From NCBI GenBank assembly GCA_965652295.1, contig CBFGTS010000002.1, forward strand, positions 96,001-160,000: a stretch of DNA of 64,000 nt, read 5' to 3'. The stretch comes from an uncultured Haloferula sp. (GTDB lineage: Bacteria > Verrucomicrobiota > Verrucomicrobiia > Verrucomicrobiales > Akkermansiaceae). Position 1 is the first letter of the stretch. Every line of letters starts with the position of its first letter. Under the pieces are notes generated by a model, which worked only from the letters and a program-made list of their open reading frames with translations, had not been told where the DNA came from and made no database searches. The position numbers and the translations under genes are program-made. Of this stretch, positions 27,789 to 37,291 are shown in pieces.

Positions 27789-28538
27789 TTAGACCCGAGA
27801 CTGTCGACCACGGCGGACGAAACAAGCTCCCATGCCAAGAACAGCGAGAACCGCAGAGCCAGGCTCAGGGACAGCGGTGATTACGAGTGCCGCTAGTGAA
27901 CCGCGAGTGTCTGGGCTGTCACCCGACCACGCGGGGAGCGTGATCGTAGCGATGTCGCTACTGAAGACCGCGCTGGTTGCCTGCCCTCTGACGCCAGCGG
28001 AGTCATTACCCATCGGATCGTTCGCAACTCCATCCCAGGTGCCGTTTCCAAGGACGGGAATCGGCACCGCCGTGAGGTTGATCGTCGCGTCATAGAATGT
28101 GGCGCTACCGTTATCCGAGCTGGCATATACGGTGACCTTGTATCCGGTCATTCCTTCGTTCGCGAGCCAAGCAGAGAGGCCGACGATGGAAATATTGATC
28201 CCGTTGTCATTCAGATAGTTGCGGAACACGCTGATTCCCGCATTGGCACCGTTCGTCCCGGTCCAGGAACCGCCGTTCCAAACCTGAGGCGTGCCGGTGA
28301 AACCGTAGTCAATGGTCGCGGATGTGCCGTTCAAGGCCACTCCTGTTCCCGTGAGGTCGATCAGGTCGGTCCACGTCGCCCCGAAGGTACTGGTTCCTAC
28401 CTGAGCACCTCCGCCATCAGGGACGCCGCTAGGATGGCGGGCGAAATTCACACCAATCACGGTGGCACCGGATGCTGACATGATGACGGCAAAGCAGGCT
28501 GCCATCAAGGGCATTGAATTCATGGTTTTGGTTTTCAT
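27789..28538 (-). CDS. PEP-CTERM protein-sorting domain protein
   Basis: Signal peptide; C-terminus TAVPEPGSAVLAVLGMGACFVRRGRQSRV (VPEP, TM helix, Arg cluster). Confidence 0.93.
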   Translation of the reverse strand: MKTKTMNSMPLMAACFAVIMSASGATVIGVNFARHPSGVPDGGGAQVGTSTFGATWTDLIDLTGTGVALNGTSATIDYGFTGTPQVWNGGSWTGTNGANAGISVFRNYLNDNGINISIVGLSAWLANEGMTGYKVTVYASSDNGSATFYDATINLTAVPIPVLGNGTWDGVANDPMGNDSAGVRGQATSAVFSSDIATITLPAWSGDSPDTRGSLAALVITAVPEPGSAVLAVLGMGACFVRRGRQSRV

Positions 28539-28575
28539 GGTTTTTTGTTTCTCGTTGATGCGGGGGGTGTGGGGA

Positions 28576-31077
28576 TCAATTCTCGGCGACGATACGGATG
28601 AACATTCGCTCCAGCGGAACACTGGACGTGGCAACGACGGCAGCAGCGCCTGCTATCGGCGAAACGATTGGGATCGTGACCGTCGGCCCTTCGCTGGGGC
28701 CGTCCGCTCCGTCTCCGGCATACCAGACGGCAAGATTGGTCGACCACTCGTAGGACGCTGTGACATCTCCCAACGCCGGGCTCGCCTGCGGATGAGTGAA
28801 GATCGTGGCCGTGCCGTCCGTGGAAATCTGAGTGATGGCAGCGCCATCGGCCACGCTCGGATTCGTGCCGAGAAATGCCTCCACTCCGTTGTCGAGACCA
28901 TCGCCATCAGAATCGTCGTCAAAGCCATCCAACTCTCCCACCGAAAAGCCGGCGATCCATTCGGCGAAACTCTGAGTTTCAGGAAGGATCAGGAAATCCG
29001 TCGCCGGATCAAATACCTCGGTGCCGCTCTGAAAAGAGATGGCATCCAGCGTGCCATCGATGCCGCGGCCTTCAAACCCGGACCGTCCGAAGTAACCGAA
29101 GCTTAGATTGCTCGGATCCGGCGCGGCAAAGGCACCGCCACTGAGAGAACCGAAGGCCACCCCGTTGATATAGCCGGTCAAGGTGGTGGTGCTTGCATCC
29201 CAAGCCAAGGCCAGGTGCACCCTTACCCCGGTCGGGGGCAACATCGTGAGTTCCTGCTGAACACTACTGCCATTCCAGTAAAACATTTGAAGAACGTCAT
29301 CGTTCTCATCCGTCCGCAGACGCAGGTTGCAATCGCCTTGGACGTCGATCACCACCGGCGTGTAGCCGCTTCCGGTCGACTGATAGGTCACCACGGTTTC
29401 CGCAACCCAGTTCTGGGTGGTGAGATCACCGAAGTAGCTGCCATCAATTCTGAATCCGTCCACACCGTTCTCGTCGCCGGGATTGAGCTCCGCCGTCCCG
29501 CCTTCCACCACCGGGTCTCCACTGACCTGAAGCGTCCCACTCATATCGATCTCAGCAGGATCCAGCGCGTAGGCCGCTTCCGAGATCGAGCCGTTGAAGT
29601 ACACGAGTAGTTGCGTCTCCAACGGCGTGCCAGCGTCGGTCTCCCCGCTTGCCACATTCGAAGGATCCGACTCACCGGCCGCGTTGGTGGCGATGACCCG
29701 GTAGTCATATGACGTGCCGGGCATGAGTCCCGAGTGTTTGTCGATGTGGTAGCTCGAATCGGCCGCCACGGTGGCGATCGTCGCCCATTCGCCCTGACCG
29801 GCAGGAGAACGCTGGATGATGTATCCAGTTTCCGTGTTGAAGACATCCGTCCACATCAAGTCGACCTCGTAGGACGAATAGGCCGAAACGCTCAGATCAT
29901 CCACCGCGAGTCCCGCGGGCGACGTGGCGAAGGAAAGGCCGGGCTCGCTCCATGCTTCAAGATCTGGATCGGGGACGGCATTCACCGCCTGAAATCGATA
30001 GAAATAAACCGTGTCCGGCATGAGTCCTGTCATGGGCCCGCTGACCGGACCGGCCTCCTGATTCCCAAGCGAATTCGAGCTTGCCCACGCGCCGGTGCCT
30101 TGATCCGTGGTGTCCCAGTGCAATGTAATGTCCGCGGGGCTGTTGAAAAGATTGGAAGCCCCATGGGCACTGGTTCCAGTGATGTCGGATACACTGGATC
30201 CCGACATCGCGGGTTGCCCCTCTCCTGCCAGTTCGACGCCGGTGACATCGGTCCATGTATCGCCGAACCGGATGGCATCCAGCTCACCTATATCGGCTCC
30301 ATTGATCCACAACACGAGGTGGGTGGCCACCATTGACGTATCCACCGCACTGGATGTGCTCCAGATCACTGCATTCAGATCGCTGTCGATCGCCGCATTT
30401 TCGGCGTAACGTTTGATGTGGATCTCATCCTGACCGGTGGCATTGATGGTGATGCGGCCGACGAGAAGGCCGTAGGTATTCACGGTGTTCTGCCCGTCGT
30501 AGGCGCGGATCCCGTAAACACCGGAATCCACCGTGCCATCCAGCACCCCGTGTGCAATGTAGGAAGCGTTGCCGGCGATGTTGCTGGTCGGCGCGCTGAG
30601 CGGCTGGGCGTTGTTCCAGGTGAAGCCCGCACCGATGAATGAATCGGTCGGACTGCTGCCGGACGCCAGCCCGATCCCCATGCCTGTATCCCCCGGATTG
30701 TTAAGCCGGACGCTGAAATAGATAACTCGATCCACGCCGAAGTCGATGGAAGCGTTCAGCGGGCGGGTCGCGTAAATGTTCCTATCCCAGTTGTTCGTGA
30801 CATTTCCCCAGAAAACACGGCCGCTCGCGCCGCCGTTGGAAGGCAGGCCAGGGAGGCTCGCGCCATCCACATCGGAGTCGTTTCCTGTGAGAATATCGAG
30901 GCTGCCATTGGTAGACCAGCTGCCGGTCAGGCCGATCGTGGTAGCCGTGGTTCCCGCGCCGTTCAGCGAGGCGTCACCAACGGAGATATCATCAAACAAC
31001 TCCTGAATGATGAGGTTTGCATTCACCACGGAGATCGCAGCCGTCAATGCCACGAAAGATACGAATTTTGGATTCAT
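28576..31077 (-). CDS. Secreted multidomain protein: FN3 + LamG/concanavalin-like + conserved C-terminal domain
   Basis: Signal peptide; FN3 patterns GL.PDT.YFYRF.A.N and L.WTD...ETGY.I.R...GL.PGT.YDYRV.A.N.AG.S; LamG HLALAWD...YING; C-terminal DSDGDGLDNG.EA.LGTNP. Confidence 0.8.
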   Translation of the reverse strand: MNPKFVSFVALTAAISVVNANLIIQELFDDISVGDASLNGAGTTATTIGLTGSWSTNGSLDILTGNDSDVDGASLPGLPSNGGASGRVFWGNVTNNWDRNIYATRPLNASIDFGVDRVIYFSVRLNNPGDTGMGIGLASGSSPTDSFIGAGFTWNNAQPLSAPTSNIAGNASYIAHGVLDGTVDSGVYGIRAYDGQNTVNTYGLLVGRITINATGQDEIHIKRYAENAAIDSDLNAVIWSTSSAVDTSMVATHLVLWINGADIGELDAIRFGDTWTDVTGVELAGEGQPAMSGSSVSDITGTSAHGASNLFNSPADITLHWDTTDQGTGAWASSNSLGNQEAGPVSGPMTGLMPDTVYFYRFQAVNAVPDPDLEAWSEPGLSFATSPAGLAVDDLSVSAYSSYEVDLMWTDVFNTETGYIIQRSPAGQGEWATIATVAADSSYHIDKHSGLMPGTSYDYRVIATNAAGESDPSNVASGETDAGTPLETQLLVYFNGSISEAAYALDPAEIDMSGTLQVSGDPVVEGGTAELNPGDENGVDGFRIDGSYFGDLTTQNWVAETVVTYQSTGSGYTPVVIDVQGDCNLRLRTDENDDVLQMFYWNGSSVQQELTMLPPTGVRVHLALAWDASTTTLTGYINGVAFGSLSGGAFAAPDPSNLSFGYFGRSGFEGRGIDGTLDAISFQSGTEVFDPATDFLILPETQSFAEWIAGFSVGELDGFDDDSDGDGLDNGVEAFLGTNPSVADGAAITQISTDGTATIFTHPQASPALGDVTASYEWSTNLAVWYAGDGADGPSEGPTVTIPIVSPIAGAAAVVATSSVPLERMFIRIVAEN

Positions 31078-31110
31078 GGATCTGGGTTTGGTGGAATTGA
31101 AAAAGTTCGA

Positions 31111-32838
31111 TCATTTGCGATGCGCCGGCGACGTGGGGAGGCCCAGCCCCTGAGGAGAATCGGAACTCTTGGATTCGAACCGGAGGATCATGGGGCCTCC
31201 CGTTTTCTTGATCCGGATCACGTTCTTTCCGGGAACACGGGAGACCTCGCCGTTGCCGCAAGAAAGCGCATAGCCGAAACCATGGTGACGGAAGCGGATC
31301 GAGTTGGTGGTTACGCTGTCGAGCGGGATGTCGCGACCCTCCGCCCACCTAAGATCAAGCATCCAGTCCTCGGGCGAAGAAGGCCCGGTCATTCCGATGG
31401 CAAGTTGCTGCGGATCACACCGCATCTGAAATTTGCCACCAGAAGCGAGATCGCAGCTGACGAGCAGGGAGTCAGGGACGATCTCCTTCACCTCTGGCAC
31501 ACCCTTGGTCAGCAGCGGCTGGATGCCCCCCGCGGAGGAAATCATCCCGCGGATACCAGCGAGGTCACCCGGCTTACTCCAGTGGAAACCATCCATCACC
31601 GGAAGGGTGTCGTAGGTCGCCACCGCCGTGGTCTCATGCTGATCGAGATAACGCTCAGGGTAATCCTGATTGAAGACGTGAAGATCACGTATCTTCCACT
31701 CGTCCGCTTTCCAATGGAGGTTCAACCGGTAGAACCGGCTCTGATACCAGATACTGCGTTCAGGTTCCCCGTTCGAGTCCTCCAACGCGACCACCGCAGT
31801 CGCGGGGGTGGTCGGGAATTCCTTGCGAAACCACCTTGCCGATTCGCGCAGTGTTTCCACGCGGATCTTCCCCTGGTTCCTCAATGCGGCGAGCTTGGCA
31901 TACTGATCCTTCAGACCGGTTGACATTGCGTCCCACCCGAACGAATTCTCCTGGCCCGCCTGCATGTAGGAGAAGGCGAGACTCGGCTGGTTAAAGTTCG
32001 TGTCGAAAAACCAATCCACCCACTTCGGATCACCACCGCCAGGTCGGTAGATGGGCTCCAAGGTGATGACGCCCTGCCACGTGGTGCCGATACCCGTATC
32101 ATACTGATGCACCGGATCGCTACCGAGCATGCGGAAAACCGGAACATCCAATTGACGTTCCTTCGTCTGCGCAGGCATGAAGGCATTCAGACGGCTCGGA
32201 TAGTAGGCTTGATTCCAGTAGCCACCCCACAGCGTGTAGCCATCCGTCCCGCTTTGATCCTTGCAATTGCACGCGGCCGTAATGCCATAGGCATCGTGGA
32301 GATAGTTCAGCGTGGGGGCATCGATGATCCAGCAGCCGGCGGAAGTGGGAAGCTTGCCGAAGACCTCCTTGAATTTCGCCATGTACACGTCCATCAGCGC
32401 CTTCCTCTCCTCGACCGGATAGCCATGGGTGAAGCCGACGTTCACGTGCCAGTCCCAAGGATAGCGACCCCGCCATTCGAGGCCGGCGGCCTCGACCTGA
32501 GGTTGTACGACCTCGATCCACGCGCCGATCTCATCGTCGCTCCCCATTTCACGTTTCAACAAATCCGTGATTTCCGGACGGAGCAAGGCGTCGTACTGGA
32601 TCAGCCACGTCGTCGGCAACCGGTGTTTGCGCGCCAGTTCAAGCTGTTTGACGACCGGCTCGACCAGATCGACCTGCTCGCGAGGCTCCATTCCGCGGAT
32701 GAAGTTGATGATATTGACGAGGTCCGAGTCATCGTCAGCCCTGACGGATACGCTTATGGAAAGCAGGACCAGAAGACCATGCGTGGCCGTCACCAGCCTT
32801 GGCTCGGCATTTCGGAGGGTGAGTGGAAGAAATCTCAT
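31111..32838 (-). CDS. Putative glycoside hydrolase/deacetylase-fold protein
   Basis: VNIINFIR, TWLIQYDAL, EIG.W.E, GY..EER...D.YM.KFK..FG..P.S.G.W..D, CKDQ.GTDGYTLWGGY. Resembles uncharacterised carbohydrate-active barrel proteins; start uncertain (up to 32907). Confidence 0.6.
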   Translation of the reverse strand: MRFLPLTLRNAEPRLVTATHGLLVLLSISVSVRADDDSDLVNIINFIRGMEPREQVDLVEPVVKQLELARKHRLPTTWLIQYDALLRPEITDLLKREMGSDDEIGAWIEVVQPQVEAAGLEWRGRYPWDWHVNVGFTHGYPVEERKALMDVYMAKFKEVFGKLPTSAGCWIIDAPTLNYLHDAYGITAACNCKDQSGTDGYTLWGGYWNQAYYPSRLNAFMPAQTKERQLDVPVFRMLGSDPVHQYDTGIGTTWQGVITLEPIYRPGGGDPKWVDWFFDTNFNQPSLAFSYMQAGQENSFGWDAMSTGLKDQYAKLAALRNQGKIRVETLRESARWFRKEFPTTPATAVVALEDSNGEPERSIWYQSRFYRLNLHWKADEWKIRDLHVFNQDYPERYLDQHETTAVATYDTLPVMDGFHWSKPGDLAGIRGMISSAGGIQPLLTKGVPEVKEIVPDSLLVSCDLASGGKFQMRCDPQQLAIGMTGPSSPEDWMLDLRWAEGRDIPLDSVTTNSIRFRHHGFGYALSCGNGEVSRVPGKNVIRIKKTGGPMILRFESKSSDSPQGLGLPTSPAHRK

Positions 32839-32932
32839 CGGTGTGGAGTCCGCGGTCATACGTCGCCGCGTCACCCTCAGGCTACCCCCCGCCGCCCGGC
32901 CGGACACTACACGTCCGGGTAGAAATCCGCCC

Positions 32933-33568
32933 CTACCCGCGGTTTCGAAACTTGATCGCGGCCTCGGTCCTGGAGCGCACGTGCAGCTTCACGTAGATCT
33001 TTTTGAGGTGCCACCGGACCGACTCCACGGAGACATTCAATCGGGCCGCCGCCTCTTTGTTGCTCAGACCGAAAGCGACCAGCTCCAGGACTTCCATTTC
33101 CCGGCGGGTTAGGGTTTCCAGTTCGGCACTCTGCTCCTTCTGTTCGCTGAAATAGCTCATGACCTTCATTGCGACCTCGCCGCTCATCGCTCCCCGACCT
33201 TCGTGGACATCCCGAATGGCGGAAACGACCTCCTCCGGCGCGGAGCGTTTCAACAGATAGCCACAGGCACCCGCGCGCAATGCTCCGAAGATGCGGATGG
33301 GATCCTCATACACCGTGACCATGATGATGAGAATCTCAGGCAGGTTTTCCTTCAGCTGGAGGACGCAGTCGATCCCGGAAAGACCGGGCAATTGAATATC
33401 CATCAATATCACTTCAGGCTTCAGTTTCGGAAGATACTTCAATGCCTCTTCGCCGGATCCACAGGAAGCCACGCACTCAAGATCGGACTCAAGGTCGATG
33501 ATGGCCGTCAAGGCGTCGCGTGTCGTCCTGCTGTCCTCCACCACTGCCACCCGGGTTTTTGCTTTCAT
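32933..33568 (-). CDS. NarL/LuxR-family DNA-binding response regulator
   Basis: VVED, ILMDIQLPG, GACGYLLK receiver; LTRREMEVL...G.SNKE.A..L..S..SV.WH...IY.KL HTH. Confidence 0.95.
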   Translation of the reverse strand: MKAKTRVAVVEDSRTTRDALTAIIDLESDLECVASCGSGEEALKYLPKLKPEVILMDIQLPGLSGIDCVLQLKENLPEILIIMVTVYEDPIRIFGALRAGACGYLLKRSAPEEVVSAIRDVHEGRGAMSGEVAMKVMSYFSEQKEQSAELETLTRREMEVLELVAFGLSNKEAAARLNVSVESVRWHLKKIYVKLHVRSRTEAAIKFRNRG

Positions 33569-36500
33569 CGTGCTTTCAGGGGAATGTAAAGACTCACCGT
33601 CGTGCCTTCGGAAATCACCGAATCGATCCTGCAGTCACCGCCCAAGGCCCGCATCCGCTCACGCATCCCCGTGAGTCCCTGATGTCCCGGAGAGGCGGGA
33701 TCGCCCATTTCAAAGCCCACTCCGTTGTCGGTGATCGAGACCACCACGAACTCCCCTTCGATCTGAATGGAGGCGTCGATCGCCGTCGCCTGCGAGTGGC
33801 GGACCACGTTGTTGAGGGATTCCTTGAAGGCGAGCAGCAGGGCGTGGCGGCGACGCGAACCAAGCTGCCCGTCCCGAACATTGTCGCCCTGACGGATGCT
33901 ACATTCGATCCCCGCGGGATTGAGCAGCCGCTGCGCCTGGAGCCAGAGATAACTCGCGGCATCATCGACGGAGTCGTAGCTCGGATTGATTGCCCACACG
34001 ATCTCATCGAGCCCTGAAACCAGATCCCTCGCCAAATCACGCAGAGTCCCGAGATAGGCATCCTTCTTTTCGCTCGCCACTTCATGACGCCCTAACAGCG
34101 AGCCCAGCATACCAATTTCGGTCAGCCCCGCGCCGAGTTCATCATGGAGATCCCGTGCCACTCGTGCCCTTTCTTCTTCCAACTTTCTCTGGGTTTCCAC
34201 CTGTTCCCGCTCGTGGATTTCAATCGCTAACTCGTTGGTACGACGCGCCACCAACCGGTGAAGCACCATCGCCCATGCCGCCACCAATCCGAGCCCGGCA
34301 AGCAAGGCGAGCGCGAGGATCGCGAGACGCCGGGAGTTCCACCACGGAGGCATCGCCAAGACCTCGATCCCGCCCGCATCCGCCAGCCTCAGCTCAAATT
34401 CGGAACTCTCCGCAGGACTCGATCCAAGCCCGGCGAAATAAACGCCCGCCAGTCTCACGCGGGAGTCGCGGGGCAGCAGATCTGATCCCAGCTCGGTCGC
34501 CAGCCCGGCTGCCAGAAACCGCAGGTCGCCCGCCTCCAGTTCCAATCTTCTTTCCCGCTGCTGGAGCGTGTCGCTCACCACTTTCGCCTCGACGGAAACC
34601 ATCTGCCCGTCCAGCTCAATTCCTCTTAACTCCGACGGTTCCACCCTGCGGGCCGCTGGCAGGCTGCCGCGTTTCTCCACCTTCACCGTAGCGCGAACCA
34701 GGACCGGCGAGATCGCCCCGAGACGAGGGAAACCCGCCGCATCGATCACATCACCCAACTCGGCCGGCAAAACTTCCGGACTGTCTAGGCGGAGCACGTT
34801 TTCGCCATCGGAAATGAGATGTAGATTTCCCCGGCTGGCCATGAGACGCCCGCGCAGCCGGACCCGTTTCAGCGCGGTCGATTTCGTCGTGAACCGCCAC
34901 AAGTCGGGAATCTCGATCCGCGGGCTTGCCTTGAAGTCCGCCGGCGCGGGCTCGACCACGGACAGCCCGGCATTTCCGAGGAAAAACTCGCCCAGGTGAA
35001 GCCGGTTGCCGCTGATGTCCCAATTCGGTGCGAACACCCCGCGCATCCGCACCCGGGCACCGATCATCGACCGACGGTTCGCCTCGCTTTGTAAGCCCTC
35101 CGGCAGCGGGTAAAGGTGAGCCTCCTTGATGGTCGCCACGCCTTCATACGTCAGCAGATCGACGCCTGCCTCCGTCGCGGCGATAATCACGCCCTCGATC
35201 TCCACGCGCTCTGCATCCAGCATGCCGTTGAGGATCTCCTCCCACGTCGGTCGTCGAGGCTCGGGCAGGGCACCGAAACCTAATAGAATCTCCTTTTCCG
35301 AAACGACGATCGGCGAGAAGTCTCCGCGCTTTGTCACGCCTTCGACCCGCCACCGTTCTCCCGGCACTGGAATCGGACTCAGGTTGGCATCGCCCCCGGC
35401 GAGCACGAAGATCCCTCCACTATCGTCCTGCAACACGAGGGAGCGGCTGTTGGCCATGGTCACTACTCCTTCCAAAACCACCGGATGGGCGCAGTCGGCA
35501 TCTTCGGGCTGGAGCTCGCGCACCTCGAACGCCCGCATCAGCGGGCCGCTTCGCGAATTGGCCGACCCTACTGGGGAAAACAAGGCAGAGGTGAGCGAAC
35601 AGATGCCTCCCGGATAATTCATTCCGGACACCCTCAGCCGGGATCCCACCCACTGGGCGGGATCCATGCCGCCTGACTCCAGCACACACACCTCCACCCG
35701 TGTAGAATCGACCAGCAGCTCCAGCCGCATCCCCTCCTTATCAGGGGCAGCATAGGTAACCGCCCCGCTTCGAGTCTCCCAACTGTATGGCTTTCTTTGC
35801 GCCGCTCCTTTCGACGCAGCTGGCGGATCGATCCGTTTCCACGCCGGAATCGATCGGCCGACGTAGACTTGCGCACCGTCGTCGCAGGTGAGCCGCAACT
35901 GGTGGATCCCCGGCTCCTCAACCAACATGACTCCCGAAAAGCGCAGCGCCACATCGTCGCGACCGGCATAGGGAGTTGCGTCGATCGTTGGAACTGTCCC
36001 TTCAGCTTCCGCACCGGTTTCTGGAATCTCCGTCACCGAGACGATCGCCGGAACGGTATATTTCTCGATATGCAATCCCTCCGTCTCCCCTTCCTGAGAA
36101 GGTCTGAACCACGACTTATCCGGAGATCTCCAACCCTGTCCGGAACGACGGATTTCAAGCTCCAGATTCGAGGTCGCCTGACCATTGAACCACTCCAACA
36201 AAAAGGGCTGGCTTCCTTTTTCGAGATACACCGCCCCCTCCTCGGTCAAGGGAGGGTGCCTCCCGTCCAGATCAATCACCGGCCCGAGTCCGCATTCGAT
36301 CACGCAGCCACGCTGGGAAAAGGAACAGAGTTTGAAGTCGAGTTGCACCCCAGCCCCCGGCGCGAGCCCGGCCCATGCCTCGTCGGGCAAGGTCAGCCGA
36401 AGAATTGCCGCCGAAGTCTCGTCCTCCACCGCCAGATGACCGCCGTTTCGATCCAGATCGAGGACTTTCGCCTGAATCGTCAGATCCAAGGGTGGTGTGC

Positions 36501-36639
36501 GCTGGTCCTTCACCATCGTCAGCAATGGGCCAAGCCGCGTCACCTCACCCCGCGAAGGCACCCATGGCAGACACAGTGCCAAGAAACAGATCCGCCCCAA
36601 CAACGAGCGGCGCAGGGTTTCGAAAGTTCGCAATCGCAA
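33565..36639 (-). CDS. Sensor histidine kinase (HisKA_3/NarX type) with large extracytoplasmic region including PA14-like domain
   Basis: EER.RVARDLHDELG H-box, E.LNN..RHS N-box, DNG.GF and GL.GM.ER G-boxes; PPWW + TM; ATGA overlap with the regulator. Confidence 0.92.
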   Translation of the reverse strand: MRLRTFETLRRSLLGRICFLALCLPWVPSRGEVTRLGPLLTMVKDQRTPPLDLTIQAKVLDLDRNGGHLAVEDETSAAILRLTLPDEAWAGLAPGAGVQLDFKLCSFSQRGCVIECGLGPVIDLDGRHPPLTEEGAVYLEKGSQPFLLEWFNGQATSNLELEIRRSGQGWRSPDKSWFRPSQEGETEGLHIEKYTVPAIVSVTEIPETGAEAEGTVPTIDATPYAGRDDVALRFSGVMLVEEPGIHQLRLTCDDGAQVYVGRSIPAWKRIDPPAASKGAAQRKPYSWETRSGAVTYAAPDKEGMRLELLVDSTRVEVCVLESGGMDPAQWVGSRLRVSGMNYPGGICSLTSALFSPVGSANSRSGPLMRAFEVRELQPEDADCAHPVVLEGVVTMANSRSLVLQDDSGGIFVLAGGDANLSPIPVPGERWRVEGVTKRGDFSPIVVSEKEILLGFGALPEPRRPTWEEILNGMLDAERVEIEGVIIAATEAGVDLLTYEGVATIKEAHLYPLPEGLQSEANRRSMIGARVRMRGVFAPNWDISGNRLHLGEFFLGNAGLSVVEPAPADFKASPRIEIPDLWRFTTKSTALKRVRLRGRLMASRGNLHLISDGENVLRLDSPEVLPAELGDVIDAAGFPRLGAISPVLVRATVKVEKRGSLPAARRVEPSELRGIELDGQMVSVEAKVVSDTLQQRERRLELEAGDLRFLAAGLATELGSDLLPRDSRVRLAGVYFAGLGSSPAESSEFELRLADAGGIEVLAMPPWWNSRRLAILALALLAGLGLVAAWAMVLHRLVARRTNELAIEIHEREQVETQRKLEEERARVARDLHDELGAGLTEIGMLGSLLGRHEVASEKKDAYLGTLRDLARDLVSGLDEIVWAINPSYDSVDDAASYLWLQAQRLLNPAGIECSIRQGDNVRDGQLGSRRRHALLLAFKESLNNVVRHSQATAIDASIQIEGEFVVVSITDNGVGFEMGDPASPGHQGLTGMRERMRALGGDCRIDSVISEGTTVSLYIPLKAR

Positions 36640-36789
36640 GGGCTCGAAAATGATCCTCGATACAAGATGCCCTTGCGAGCAAGTTCTGCCGGGCGCTCCA
36701 CATTCTACCCAGTAGGGTGGGCTGACTGACAGGAAATCGAGTCACGTCCCCCGCTCGACACATTCGGTGACCGGAGCGAATCTCCCCGC

Positions 36790-37272
36790 ATGAACTCTTC
36801 CGGTCTCCTCGCGAACGCCTTGGCGATCCTTTCCTCAGTCAGTTGCACGACTCCGGACCCACCGGTTCCGAGGACCATCCCCGTACCCTACCCCGCCCGC
36901 GACACCCGTCCGGTTTCTTCACCTCGTCCCTCTGAGGGGGAAATCACCTCGATCGATCTCGCCACTCTCTTCGAGCTGATCGAGTCCGACCGCGTCCTCC
37001 TCTTCGACGTCCGTCCTGGCTTCGTCCAACGCTTCGGCACCATTCCAGGTGCAATCGGGTGGCCGAAGAACGATTTCACGGCCGGGCTTTCCCGTCACGA
37101 AGCAGAGATCGCCGCCGCACGTCAGAACGGCAAGCAGGTCGTCCTCTACTGCACCGACTCCGCCTGTCCCGACGCCCGCACCGTGGCCGAACGACTGGCA
37201 GGACGCGGGCACAGCGTATCGATCTTCGAGGGCGGCTACGCCGAATGGAAATCTTCCGGACTGGACGGCTGA
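36790..37272 (+). CDS. Rhodanese-like lipoprotein
   Basis: Lipobox-like SVSC; LFDVR, IPGA, VLYC...C and EGG..EW. Confidence 0.8.
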   Translation: MNSSGLLANALAILSSVSCTTPDPPVPRTIPVPYPARDTRPVSSPRPSEGEITSIDLATLFELIESDRVLLFDVRPGFVQRFGTIPGAIGWPKNDFTAGLSRHEAEIAAARQNGKQVVLYCTDSACPDARTVAERLAGRGHSVSIFEGGYAEWKSSGLDG

Positions 37273-37291
37273 GCCCCACCCGCCCGCAGTC

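Noticed and set aside
32896..32922. Imperfect palindrome CTACACG-TC-CGGGTAG as response-regulator site
   Set aside because: Imperfect, and not convincingly repeated before other genes of the locus.
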